Source: a virus (lineage: Duplodnaviria > Heunggongvirae > Uroviricota > Caudoviricetes). Taken from it: 29,733 bases of DNA. The position numbers and the translations under genes are program-made. This document shows, one piece after another, positions 1-8,177 of the stretch (within the stretch, counting starts at the first letter, position 1; the number at the start of each line of letters is the position of its first letter). The notes beneath the pieces are model-generated. The model saw only the letters and a program-made list of their open reading frames with translations, had not been told where the DNA came from and ran no database searches. The stretch spans positions 64,001 to 93,733 of the IMG/VR virus record IMGVR_UViG_3300037852_000247. The stretch is one strand, 5' to 3'.

Positions 1-999
1 GACGAGATTCGCTCAATTCTTTGCACCCACATGGCCTACCCGATGCTTTCCCGGGCCATCACGCGGGCGGCCGTCGGGTCCCCGGACTGGCAGCGCGGCC
101 TCGCGCTCTACCGGCACCGGTTCAACGAGGTGGCCCGGACGCAGGCATGGGAGCTCGGCGCTCCCGAATGGGAGGGTGAGGATCTCGAAGGCAAGCACAT
201 CCTGGTGCACCAGGACCAGGGCGACGGCGACACGATCCAATTCTGCCGGTTCCTGCCTATGCTCGGCTTCCGCGCCGAGCGGGTGACCCTTGCGGTACCG
301 CGCCGGCTGATCGGGCTCATGCATGAAATGCCGGCGGTCGGCGAGTTCGAGATCCTCGACTTCGAGGGACCGCTGCCGATCCCGGACTATCACTCGCCGA
401 TCTGCACCTATTTCCTGCATCTCGACTGCACCCTGGACTATCAGCGGGTGCCGTACCTCCACTCGCGGGGCGCGCGCGATTGCTGGAACCACATGGTGCC
501 TGCCCGCGACGGCGATATATCAGTCGGCCTCGTGTGGGCGCCGCGGCCGACCGGCGAAGGTGCCCGCCGACGCGCGGTCCCGCTCGAGATGCTGCTACCC
601 CTGACGAAAATCCCCGGGGTGCGGCTATACAGCCTGCAATACGGCGAGGCCGCGCGCGATCTCGAGCGCTGCGGTCCCGACCCGCTGATCATCGATCTCA
701 GCACCCGGCTGCGCGAGTGGGATGACACCGCAGCGTATATGGAGCAGCTCGACCTGATCGTGTCCATCGACAGCGCGCCGTTGCATTTGGCCGGCGCGAT
801 GGGCAAGCGCTGCATCGGTTTATTGCCGTATTCCCCGTGCTGGCGCTGGGGCGTCGGCATCGAGGAGAATTGCTTCTATCCGACGATGACCGTGCTCCGA
901 CAGGGCAAGCCGGGCGACTGGAGCGGCGTGATGCATCAGCTGCGGCACATCATCGTCAATGCAACCCAAGCGAAAATGCTGTTGTGGCGCGGGGGGTGA
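1..999 (+). CDS. GT-B glycosyltransferase of the TPR-associated GT9-like type (probably 5'-truncated)
   Basis: Frame open from base 1 (first ATG at 31); motifs WEGEDLEGKHILVHQDQGDGDTIQFCRF, VGLVWA, LYSLQYG, DWDDTAA-like EWDDTAA, LDLIVSIDSAPLHLAGAMGK, CWRW. Confidence 0.8.
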   Translation, partial: DEIRSILCTHMAYPMLSRAITRAAVGSPDWQRGLALYRHRFNEVARTQAWELGAPEWEGEDLEGKHILVHQDQGDGDTIQFCRFLPMLGFRAERVTLAVPRRLIGLMHEMPAVGEFEILDFEGPLPIPDYHSPICTYFLHLDCTLDYQRVPYLHSRGARDCWNHMVPARDGDISVGLVWAPRPTGEGARRRAVPLEMLLPLTKIPGVRLYSLQYGEAARDLERCGPDPLIIDLSTRLREWDDTAAYMEQLDLIVSIDSAPLHLAGAMGKRCIGLLPYSPCWRWGVGIEENCFYPTMTVLRQGKPGDWSGVMHQLRHIIVNATQAKMLLWRGG

Positions 1000-1000
1000 G

Positions 1001-1252
1001 ATGAGTGATTCTATCTTAGTTGAGATTCCAGCTGATGCTCCCGATGGCGTCATGACCTATTACGGAGATAATAGAAAATACTATGGCGTTAAATTTCCGG
1101 ATGGTCGCGTCATCTTCGCCGATGCCAGACTCGAACAGAGTTTAACATTCACACCCCTGGAAATTGCAAAGCTTAAAGAACTTTGTCGAACAATTTATCC
1201 CGATTTGGTGGTCCCAAATGAGTGGGTAGCGAAAATCCACGCAACCAAGTGA
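1001..1252 (+). CDS. Hypothetical protein (83 aa), lower GC than flanks
   Basis: ATG two bases after the upstream TGA; normal globular composition. Confidence 0.7.
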   Translation: MSDSILVEIPADAPDGVMTYYGDNRKYYGVKFPDGRVIFADARLEQSLTFTPLEIAKLKELCRTIYPDLVVPNEWVAKIHATK

Positions 1253-1632
1253 CAAGCGCGAAATCGCGATGACCTCAAAAAGTCTGAAGTACACCGCAAC
1301 GCGGACGGACATCGTCAACGATTTCTATGATGAGATTCAGCGGCTCTTTGAGAAATACCGCTACCAACGCGAAGCAGTGTGCGCCTTGGATGACATCGAA
1401 AGCCTGGCCATATGGTGGGCGAACACGCCAGCCGTATGGTGGGAGAACGCGCCAGCCGTGGTGCGGCCAAAAGATCCAGGCGCGACTCCCGAGATGATCA
1501 AGGCTGGCGTCCGCGCCTATTGCCGGGCCGACGATCACCGTCCTCGCACTTGCGACGAGGATATCGTGGCCGAGATTTACGCCGCGATGCGCGTTGCCGC
1601 CGTGGACAACTAGGTGACCAGCGCGAAATCGC
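1249..1632 (+). repeat. 19-nt direct repeat pair (1249-1267 and 1614-1632)
   Basis: gtgacaagcgcgaaatcgc vs gtgaccagcgcgaaatcgc, 18/19 identical; flanks the 1269-1613 gene. Confidence 0.9.
1269..1613 (+). CDS. Hypothetical phage protein (114 aa)
   Basis: ORF in the coupled operon; C-terminal TPEMIKAG..AY...EDIVAEIYAAM segment resembles small phage proteins. Confidence 0.7.
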   Translation: MTSKSLKYTATRTDIVNDFYDEIQRLFEKYRYQREAVCALDDIESLAIWWANTPAVWWENAPAVVRPKDPGATPEMIKAGVRAYCRADDHRPRTCDEDIVAEIYAAMRVAAVDN

Positions 1633-1886
1633 TTACAGGAATGCTGGGCATCACAGCATACAAAATACCAGAAGTCGATAATTCCTTACCAAAGAGGAAC
1701 CCTATGCCGATAGGTTGCCCATTTCTCGATGCCAACACTCCCGAAAGGGCGCGCGAGGTGCTTCGCGAGGGCATGGCTGACTGGCATGAGGGTGAGGCTC
1801 AGTGGAAAGAGTTTATCGACAAGCTATTAGCCTCATTGCCGCCGACGGTATCACACGAGCCGCCGCCGCATGCTGACTCCATTTAA
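1614..1886 (+). CDS. Hypothetical protein (90 aa)
   Basis: GTG immediately after the upstream TAG. Confidence 0.6.
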   Translation: MTSAKSLTGMLGITAYKIPEVDNSLPKRNPMPIGCPFLDANTPERAREVLREGMADWHEGEAQWKEFIDKLLASLPPTVSHEPPPHADSI

Positions 1887-2034
1887 CATCGGGCAGATAG
1901 TCTGCATCGGGTGGTTCTTGATGGCAACCGCAGCGGCTGTTATCTGGCCACGCTTTCTTCCGCCGAGCACATGGGTCACCGTAGGATTCACTGTACCCTA
2001 CTTCGCTCTGACCATTGGCAAGCTTTTATCGTAG
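1870..2034 (+). CDS. Small two-TM membrane protein (54 aa; not in the ORF track)
   Basis: Manual translation MLTPFNIGQIVCIGWFLMATAAAVIWPRFLPPSTWVTVGFTVPYFALTIGKLLS; fills the gap between genes. Confidence 0.55.
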   Translation: MLTPFNIGQIVCIGWFLMATAAAVIWPRFLPPSTWVTVGFTVPYFALTIGKLLS

Positions 2035-2046
2035 ACCGCGCCGAAT

Positions 2047-2850
2047 ATGCTTTCGTTGCCCGACGTCACCCTGATCGCCATCGACGGCGTCGCGCTCGAC
2101 CTGACCCGGCTTGCGCTCGAAGAATGCGTCCGGCGCGTCAATTTCGCCGAAGTGATGCTTTTCACCGACCAGCAGGATTTCTCGGCGCGAGAGCTCGATC
2201 GAGTTTGGCCTTTCGGCCAACCGCCAGGCGCGCCGCGCCAGCATTTGGTTCGGACGCCGCCTTTGTGCGGCTGGGAGGCCGTGAACCGAGTCTGGTGGTA
2301 TGAGGTGCCCGAGCATGTCCACACCAGTCATTTCCTCACGGTCCAATGGGATTCGTGGGTCTTGAACGCGGCCGCCTGGGATCCCGACTGGCTGAAATAC
2401 GACTACATCGGCGCACCGTGGCCGTGGCACCGAATCTATCGCGTCGGCAATGGCGGGTTCTCATTGCGCTCCCGGCGCTTGCACGAGCATCTCGCGCACC
2501 AGCGGCTTCGCTACCCGACGCACCACCCCGAGGACGATACGCTTTGCCGAATCTACCGGCCAATGCTCGAAGCTGAGGGCTTTCGCTGGGCGCCGGAATC
2601 GATCGCGCAGCGGTTCAGCTTCGAGCGGGGCGAATGCTTGCAATATTGCGCGGGCGGCGCGATCGGAACATTGCCTTTCGGGTTTCATGGCGCTTTCAAC
2701 TTCTGTCGCGTCTTGAACCTGGAAGCTCTAAAGCAACGCCTTGGCGCCGCCAATGATTACGTCAAAGGCAAAGCCGATTGGCAGGAGATGCTACGGCTAT
2801 GCGGAGCCACGTATTTGCCGGGTCGGCCACGATGCCGCGCCACACTGTGA
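2047..2850 (+). CDS. DUF5672-family protein (putative glycosyltransferase-like)
   Basis: Signature HFLTVQWDSWV...YDYIGAPW...VGNGGFSLRS...PEDD...FSFE...PFGFHG. Confidence 0.85.
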   Translation: MLSLPDVTLIAIDGVALDLTRLALEECVRRVNFAEVMLFTDQQDFSARELDRVWPFGQPPGAPRQHLVRTPPLCGWEAVNRVWWYEVPEHVHTSHFLTVQWDSWVLNAAAWDPDWLKYDYIGAPWPWHRIYRVGNGGFSLRSRRLHEHLAHQRLRYPTHHPEDDTLCRIYRPMLEAEGFRWAPESIAQRFSFERGECLQYCAGGAIGTLPFGFHGAFNFCRVLNLEALKQRLGAANDYVKGKADWQEMLRLCGATYLPGRPRCRATL

Positions 2851-3044
2851 CGTTCTTCTCGATCGGCGCGCGCGTGTACCTCGATGGTGCAGCTCTCCAT
2901 GGGGGTTGCAATGGGACACTTATCGCCATTGGACGGAAATTCCTCCAGGTCCGGCTCGACAGCGGTCGCATCGTGCGCCGCGTCTGGCCGTCATGGATCA
3001 CTCGTGCACTGAATGAAATTCTGGCAACGGAGCTAACCGTATGA
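2832..3044 (+). CDS. Small beta-rich hypothetical protein (possibly SH3/KOW-like)
   Basis: MPRHTVTFFSIGARVYLDG...GTLIAIGRKFLQVRLDSG; stop overlaps the next ATG (ATGA). Confidence 0.55.
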   Translation: MPRHTVTFFSIGARVYLDGAALHGGCNGTLIAIGRKFLQVRLDSGRIVRRVWPSWITRALNEILATELTV

Positions 3045-3280
3045 GCGAAGCGCAGCGAATGACCTATGGCGAGAGGGCCGTAGGCCTGACGTTCAATCCG
3101 TCCGGAGACCCGAAGGTCAACGAGATCAAAAGCCTTTTCGCGCAGATCATCAATCTGTGCAATGAGCTGCGCCGCCTCGGCCCCCCCGGGGAAAAAACGA
3201 GGCTTTTGGAAGTCGCCATAACCGAGGCGCAGACCGCGCAGATGTGGGCCGTCAAGGCTATCACCTGGATGGGCCCATGA
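3041..3280 (+). CDS. Helical-hairpin protein resembling the Acb2/Tad1-related family (candidate cyclic-nucleotide sponge)
   Basis: GERAVGLTFNPSG...NEIK..FAQII...RLLEVAITEAQTAQMWAVKAITW; recalled family pattern R-x3-A-x-T-x2-[QE]-x-A-x-MW-A-x-KA. Confidence 0.55.
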   Translation: MSEAQRMTYGERAVGLTFNPSGDPKVNEIKSLFAQIINLCNELRRLGPPGEKTRLLEVAITEAQTAQMWAVKAITWMGP

Positions 3281-4293
3281 CGATGATGCACCCATACTTC
3301 AAGCTGCCGCGCGCCGATGCCCTCGTGCACGCGTGGTCGGTACCGCAGGTGTGCGCCCTCTACAATTGGCCGACCGGGCTGCCCGGCCGCGGCAAGATAG
3401 GCATCGTCGAGCTCGGCGGTGGCTGGGTGCACAAGGATATGCTCGCGTTCTTCTCGCGCGTCCATCAGACCCCGCCCAAGATCACCGACGTCAGCGTCGA
3501 CGGGACGCAAAACTCGCCAGGACTCTCCGATGCCGACGTCGAGGTCGCGCTCGACATCCAGGTCGCCGGGGCCGGCTATCATATCGCCACCGGCCAGCCG
3601 GCCGACATCACCGTGCTGTGGGCTCAGGACATCGCCAGCGCCGTCCTCAAGGGCGCAGAACTAGGCATCGACGCGATTTCAATCAGTTGGGGAGCCCGTG
3701 AGGCAATATGGGGCCATGCCGGGGCGATCGCGATGGATCAGGCGGCGGCATTCGCTACGGGCGGGGGCACCGTCGTGCTCGCCGCATCGGGCGACAACAA
3801 TTCGGGCGACGGCAGCCCCGGGGCCAACGTCGATCTGCCGGCCGGCTGCCCGCATGTCATCGGCTGCGGCGGGACCCGCCTCACCCGGGCGGCAGAGACC
3901 GTCTGGAACGACGGTCCGAGCGAGGGCACGGGCGGCGGCTTCTCGATGTTCTTCCTGGTGCCGACCTGGCAGATCGGCGCGCCGAATGGGCCCGGGCGCA
4001 TGGTGCCAGATGTCGCCGCCAACGCGGACCCCAACACCGGCTATCACATCGTCAGCGGCGGCCGAGACATCGTCGTTGGGGGCACGAGCGCCGATGCGCC
4101 GCTTATCGGTGGCCTCATTGCCGCGTGCGGCACAAAATTGGGATTCATCACCCCGAAGCTGTGGGCCAACCCGGCAGTCTTCCGCGACATCACCATAGGG
4201 AACAACGGCCAGTTCCGGGCTGGCGTCGGTCCCGATCCGTGCACCGGGCTCGGATCGCCGCACGCGGCGCGGATCGCGGCGCTGCTCGCATGA
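3277..4293 (+). CDS. Peptidase S53 (sedolisin/kumamolisin-like), catalytic domain only
   Basis: ELGGG; catalytic Glu/Asp in EVALD; SISWG; oxyanion Asp in AASGD; nucleophile in GGTS; Ca-site DITIGNN and DPCTGLGSP; ATG overlaps the upstream TGA. Confidence 0.92.
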   Translation: MTMMHPYFKLPRADALVHAWSVPQVCALYNWPTGLPGRGKIGIVELGGGWVHKDMLAFFSRVHQTPPKITDVSVDGTQNSPGLSDADVEVALDIQVAGAGYHIATGQPADITVLWAQDIASAVLKGAELGIDAISISWGAREAIWGHAGAIAMDQAAAFATGGGTVVLAASGDNNSGDGSPGANVDLPAGCPHVIGCGGTRLTRAAETVWNDGPSEGTGGGFSMFFLVPTWQIGAPNGPGRMVPDVAANADPNTGYHIVSGGRDIVVGGTSADAPLIGGLIAACGTKLGFITPKLWANPAVFRDITIGNNGQFRAGVGPDPCTGLGSPHAARIAALLA

Positions 4294-4670
4294 AACAGCG
4301 TTTCGAAGCGCAGGAGTACGTGCTCGGTACCGTGCTATACGACCGAGGGCCGCCTATCTGGCGATACCGAAAAGCTCTGCGGGCAGAAGACGGCGAGGTT
4401 CGCCACCTTCTCGAAATGCCCGGCAATCCGGGCAGGGAAATCACGGCCAAGGACGATGAAATCACGTCGATCCAGGGACGGCGATTTTTCTCGTGGGGAA
4501 ACCTAGTTTATCACATACATGATTCCTTCGTGAAGCCGCGGCTGTTCTGTTCGGTCGACGATCACCTCTCAGATTGCAGCGCCGTGGCGACGTGCCTCGC
4601 CGAATTCCTTGAGGCGGGCGGCGAAGCATGGTCGCGCGAGTTCCACGCCCTGTCGCTCACTCACCCATGA
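4290..4670 (+). CDS. Hypothetical protein (126 aa; C-terminal part of track ORF 3708-4670)
   Basis: ATGA overlap with the S53 gene; MKQRFEAQEYVLGTV... Confidence 0.7.
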   Translation: MKQRFEAQEYVLGTVLYDRGPPIWRYRKALRAEDGEVRHLLEMPGNPGREITAKDDEITSIQGRRFFSWGNLVYHIHDSFVKPRLFCSVDDHLSDCSAVATCLAEFLEAGGEAWSREFHALSLTHP

Positions 4671-4780
4671 CCAAATACACGGTCGAGGCGCGCGCCGACC
4701 CGGCTAGCCAAACTCTTGACGTAACGGCTTGAGTTGTAGAAGAGAGTTTCGCGTACTAGAGGCCATTGCGGAGAACAAAG

Positions 4781-5107
4781 GTGCTTAAAGCAGCCGGAAT
4801 CTGCGTCGGAGCAATCATTGTCATCCTGGCATTAACTTGGATTGCTCAGGGCAACAACTTCTTCCTATACCGTGTGTTCGGCATTCAATACGCCAACACC
4901 GCGCGCGAGATTTTCGAGCAATCCTATTCATACAACCGCAGCATGGCAGGCGACCTTGTCGACCTCAGGCGGCAGTATGAAAGCACGGACGATCCGAATA
5001 AGCGCGCCGCCATCGAAACGGCCGCGCGCGCAAAAATAGCCGGCTACGACCTAACGCAACTACACGATCCGGATCTTGCCGCTTGGGCGCGAGGGCTGGG
5101 TCGATGA
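4781..5107 (+). CDS. Single-pass membrane protein
   Basis: GTG after GGAG SD; N-terminal TM AAGICVGAIIVILALTWIA; then helical ..REIFEQSYSYNRSM.. Confidence 0.75.
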   Translation: MLKAAGICVGAIIVILALTWIAQGNNFFLYRVFGIQYANTAREIFEQSYSYNRSMAGDLVDLRRQYESTDDPNKRAAIETAARAKIAGYDLTQLHDPDLAAWARGLGR

Positions 5108-5718
5108 AGCATCCGTGGGGGATTGCTGGAGTGGCGCTGATCTGTTCGCCGCTTCTCATGGGTTCTTCGTCCAGTGGGTCGGGGTGCTCATCCCAGCCCA
5201 CAACGCAGGACGAGATACGCGACGAGCAGGAGACGATCACCTCGGAGATCGTCCGTCAGACTGGCATGCCTGGCGTCAAAAACGCCCGGGAGAAGAAAAC
5301 CCTGAAGTGGATCTATGAGCTGCGTGATCGGGCGGACCTAGTCACCTATACCTATAACTATGTGCCGATGACGGGGGAAATGCGGCCGCATTGCATCAGC
5401 CTCGGCTACCCCATCCCCGGCGGCGTCCAGTATTCAGCTAACGAATCCGAGCAAACCTATTACATCAATAACAAAGGCAACAGTGGGTACGCTTACGGGC
5501 ACGATCGGCTTCCTCAGGCCGAACCCAACGGCCTGTATATGCCCCAAGACATCAAAGCGACCTGGGTTCTCTGCCAGAACCCGCGCAACCCGAAAGATAT
5601 CCAGCCGATCTATTCCGAGCCTGATTTGGTGACGTTCCCTTGGCGCATCAGCGACGAGCCATTCCCTGGCGAGCCCGGATACAAAGGGTTCAAGGACACG
5701 AAGGATAAATCACCGTGA
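5104..5718 (+). CDS. Putative lipoprotein/exported protein
   Basis: ATGA overlap; hydrophobic leader GIAGVALICSPLLMG followed by SGSGC; body TGMPGVKN..YELRD..TYTY..LPQAEPNGLY. Confidence 0.7.
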   Translation: MKHPWGIAGVALICSPLLMGSSSSGSGCSSQPTTQDEIRDEQETITSEIVRQTGMPGVKNAREKKTLKWIYELRDRADLVTYTYNYVPMTGEMRPHCISLGYPIPGGVQYSANESEQTYYINNKGNSGYAYGHDRLPQAEPNGLYMPQDIKATWVLCQNPRNPKDIQPIYSEPDLVTFPWRISDEPFPGEPGYKGFKDTKDKSP

Positions 5719-6083
5719 CCAAATACACGGTCGAGGCCGGATCCGGCTGGCGCGCCACGCTCGACGGCAAGCAGGTGCTCTACGCGCAGGAGGCCGACGA
5801 CGTCGAAGGCTATGTGCTAGCCCTGCTGATCGACGCCGAGGGCAAACCCATCTTCGATCGCGCGCGCGAGGAATGGGCCATCGTCCGACGCGAAGGGAAG
5901 GTCCAGGTTCAGAAAAGCACTGTGACGCCGGAACAGCGCGCCTTGATTGCGGCGGACGACAACGCATTCCGGGTCGAGCTGGCACGCGCGGACGAGCTCA
6001 GCATCGATTACGCCGATACTGCCAGATACCCGGGTTGGATTTCGCTCGAGCAACTCGCCGAGGCGCTGAGGATCAAAACTTGA
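5715..6083 (+). CDS. Hypothetical protein (122 aa)
   Basis: GTGA overlap; ORF in operon. Confidence 0.7.
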   Translation: MTKYTVEAGSGWRATLDGKQVLYAQEADDVEGYVLALLIDAEGKPIFDRAREEWAIVRREGKVQVQKSTVTPEQRALIAADDNAFRVELARADELSIDYADTARYPGWISLEQLAEALRIKT

Positions 6084-6211
6084 TCTGCAAGCATTGCGCT
6101 ACGCTCGGCCACGGTCTGATCTCGGTTCTCGCGACGGCGATCGCGACGCGGGTGACCGCGCGCTTTCTTGCGCGCTGCCAGTTCTGCAATTGGCGGGGCC
6201 AGAAGGGCTGA
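6080..6211 (+). CDS. Small Zn-ribbon-like protein (CKHC...CQFC, 43 aa)
   Basis: TTG overlaps the upstream TGA; two CxxC motifs; stop overlaps the next ATG. Confidence 0.45.
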   Translation: MICKHCATLGHGLISVLATAIATRVTARFLARCQFCNWRGQKG

Positions 6212-6291
6212 TGGATACTGCCAAAATATTATATTGGTCATTCTGGATTGGTGTTGCGGTGGGCTTTATCGTAGGGAAGATATCGCCGTGA
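6211..6291 (+). CDS. 26-aa single-TM peptide
   Basis: MDTAKILYWSFWIGVAVGFIVGKISP; coupled at both ends (TGATG, GTGA). Confidence 0.45.
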   Translation: MDTAKILYWSFWIGVAVGFIVGKISP

Positions 6292-7106
6292 GCGATCGGC
6301 AACCCACGCTCAGCGCCTTTATCGTCACCTATAACCGGCCGGATATCCTGACTGCGTGCGTCAAAGCCGCCGTCTTCGCCGATGAACTCATCGTTGTCGA
6401 CAAGGCCAATACGGTGGTCAATATGGCGGCAGCCATGCAAGGCGGCGCTCACAGGATCGCCAACGCGCCCTGGTCGCCGACCGTTGAGCAGACCCGGACT
6501 TACGCCGCGGCATTGTGCGCCGGCGACTGGATCCTCGCGCTCGACGATGACGAGATCCTGAGCCCTGCGTGCGGCGAGGCGTTTCGCGCCGCCATCGCGG
6601 GCGACCAGGCCGATGTGTGGACGGTCCCAATGCGCCACTATGTCCTCGGCCGGCACGACGAGCGGGCCGGCTATTGGCCGGAGTTTCGGCCGATCCTCTT
6701 TCGCCGCGGCAGCGTCACGTTCGGCTCGACCGTTCACCGCGGTGTCAATGTTCAGCCGGGCGCACGTCAGAAGTGTTTCGAGACTGGCGGCCCGGTATTC
6801 ATCCAGCACCTCTCGCACGAAAACATCTCGACATGGATCGAGAAAACCAACCGCTACACCGATCAGAAGGACCGCATCGGCACGCGACCCCACGGCTCGT
6901 TGTGCGATTGGGCGATCAATGCCTTAGTGGTGCGCTGCGCGCGCGCGCGTGCATACACCAGCGACCCAGGCGGTGATTATCTCGAAGCGGTCGCCGTTAT
7001 GCGCGGGCTCTATGACATCGTCGACGGCTTCAAGCGCTGGGAGGAGGACCAGCCCGACGGCGCTGAAGCGTTCCGTAAGATCTGCGAGGAGGTCATGGCG
7101 CGATGA
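6288..7106 (+). CDS. Glycosyltransferase family 2 (GT-A; resembles WaaE/LgtF-like enzymes)
   Basis: LSAFIVTYN, DELIVVD, DWILALDDDE (DxD), RPILFRRG, IEKTNRYT; GTG start overlaps the upstream TGA. Confidence 0.88.
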   Translation: MSDRQPTLSAFIVTYNRPDILTACVKAAVFADELIVVDKANTVVNMAAAMQGGAHRIANAPWSPTVEQTRTYAAALCAGDWILALDDDEILSPACGEAFRAAIAGDQADVWTVPMRHYVLGRHDERAGYWPEFRPILFRRGSVTFGSTVHRGVNVQPGARQKCFETGGPVFIQHLSHENISTWIEKTNRYTDQKDRIGTRPHGSLCDWAINALVVRCARARAYTSDPGGDYLEAVAVMRGLYDIVDGFKRWEEDQPDGAEAFRKICEEVMAR

Positions 7107-7297
7107 GCGCGAACTGCCCGGATGGCAGGCCGTGTTTTCTTAACGTCTGCGGCGTCCATTCGCCCAAAATCGGCGGGCCGCCCGGCTGCTTCAGGATCCG
7201 GCTCGACAGTCTGAAAGCGGCCAAAACAGACGGCGGGCAGCCCCGCTATAATGCCGAGACGGATCTGTTCGAGCGCGACGAGGTCATGGCCCGGTGA
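7089..7297 (+). repeat. 18-nt direct repeat pair (7089-7106 and 7280-7297)
   Basis: gaggtcatggcgcgatga vs gaggtcatggcccggtga (16/18); both encode EVMAR-stop. Confidence 0.85.
7103..7297 (+). CDS. Small Cys-containing hypothetical protein (64 aa)
   Basis: ATGA overlap; ends in the same EVMAR as the upstream GT2. Confidence 0.6.
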   Translation: MSANCPDGRPCFLNVCGVHSPKIGGPPGCFRIRLDSLKAAKTDGGQPRYNAETDLFERDEVMAR

Positions 7298-7386
7298 CAT
7301 TCGTCGATTTTCTATGGATCGTCGATTGGTTCACCTTGTGTTTTGGGATTGCGTTTTTATGCGTAACTTCCCTAGATGACTCATGA
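7294..7386 (+). CDS. 30-aa single-TM peptide (not in the ORF track)
   Basis: MTFVDFLWIVDWFTLCFGIAFLCVTSLDDS; GTGA and ATGA overlaps at both ends. Confidence 0.45.
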   Translation: MTFVDFLWIVDWFTLCFGIAFLCVTSLDDS

Positions 7387-8177
7387 TCGCGTGGCCAACG
7401 ATTCACTGCTCCTGGCAACTGCTGCGCGAGGGCTGGATGTGGCTGTTCGGTGGCCCATACCGACCGCCTGTCCAAGACGCGGTCCCCTATGCTTGGCATG
7501 TCGAGGAGCCGAAGGAGCTGATAGCCAAGCTGATGCAGCTTCAACTCGTTGAACAAGCTCGCGCACTCGCCGATTTGCCGGTGCTCGTTCCGGCAAAGAA
7601 ACTTGCAATCGGCGTCGGGCCGCACCCGTTACCCGGTTGGGTCAACGTCGACCTCGCCCCGCATTCGAGCGACGTCGTCCGGATGGATGCGACCGGCCAG
7701 TTTCCCTGGCCCAACGACACGTTCAGCCACGTCTTTTCCGAACACATGATCGAGCACGTCGAGCTCGATGGCGCGCGGAACATGATCCGCGAGTGCTACC
7801 GCGTATTGCGGCCGGGCGGGCGCATCAGGATCGTCACGCCGGACCGCGACTTCCTCACCGCGCTCCTCAAGCAGCCCTTGTCGCAATTACAACGCGACTA
7901 CATCCGTTGGTCGTGCCATCACTTCGCGCCCGAGGAAACGTCCCCCTGCGCTGCTGTCGTGGTCGAATTCTTCCCGCGATTGTGGGGCCATCAGCACATC
8001 TTCGACCGCGGCGAGTTGTGGGCAGAGATGTGCAAGAGCGGCTTCACTGAACCGGTCATGTGCGAGTTGGGCGCGAGCATGGACCCCGAGCTGTGCAATC
8101 TCGAAAACGAGGCCCGCATGCCGCCCGGCTTCCTGCGGCTCGAAAGCATGACCATCGAGGCGGTGAAACCGCAATGA
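7383..8177 (+). CDS. Class I SAM-dependent methyltransferase (Methyltransf_11-like)
   Basis: KLAIGVGPHPLPGWVNVD, DATGQFPWPNDTFSHVFSEHMIEH, YRVLRPGGRIRIVTPD. Confidence 0.88.
   Translation: MIAWPTIHCSWQLLREGWMWLFGGPYRPPVQDAVPYAWHVEEPKELIAKLMQLQLVEQARALADLPVLVPAKKLAIGVGPHPLPGWVNVDLAPHSSDVVRMDATGQFPWPNDTFSHVFSEHMIEHVELDGARNMIRECYRVLRPGGRIRIVTPDRDFLTALLKQPLSQLQRDYIRWSCHHFAPEETSPCAAVVVEFFPRLWGHQHIFDRGELWAEMCKSGFTEPVMCELGASMDPELCNLENEARMPPGFLRLESMTIEAVKPQ

Larger units (their letters stand above)
4668..5737 (+). repeat. Perfect 22-nt direct repeat (4668-4689 and 5716-5737)
   Basis: tgaccaaatacacggtcgaggc in both; encodes the MTKYTVEA start of the 5715 gene. Confidence 0.95.

Noticed and set aside
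3708-4289. N-terminal 194 aa of track ORF 3708-4670
   Set aside because: Arg/Gly-rich shadow frame of the S53 gene; the real start is the ATGA overlap at 4290.
4716-4760. Firm promoter call from TTGACG
   Set aside because: No convincing -10 hexamer at 16-18 nt spacing.
4781-5718. Calling the membrane protein + lipoprotein pair spanins (Rz/Rz1)
   Set aside because: The lipoprotein is about 200 aa and globular rather than a small Pro-rich o-spanin; no adjacent holin or endolysin.
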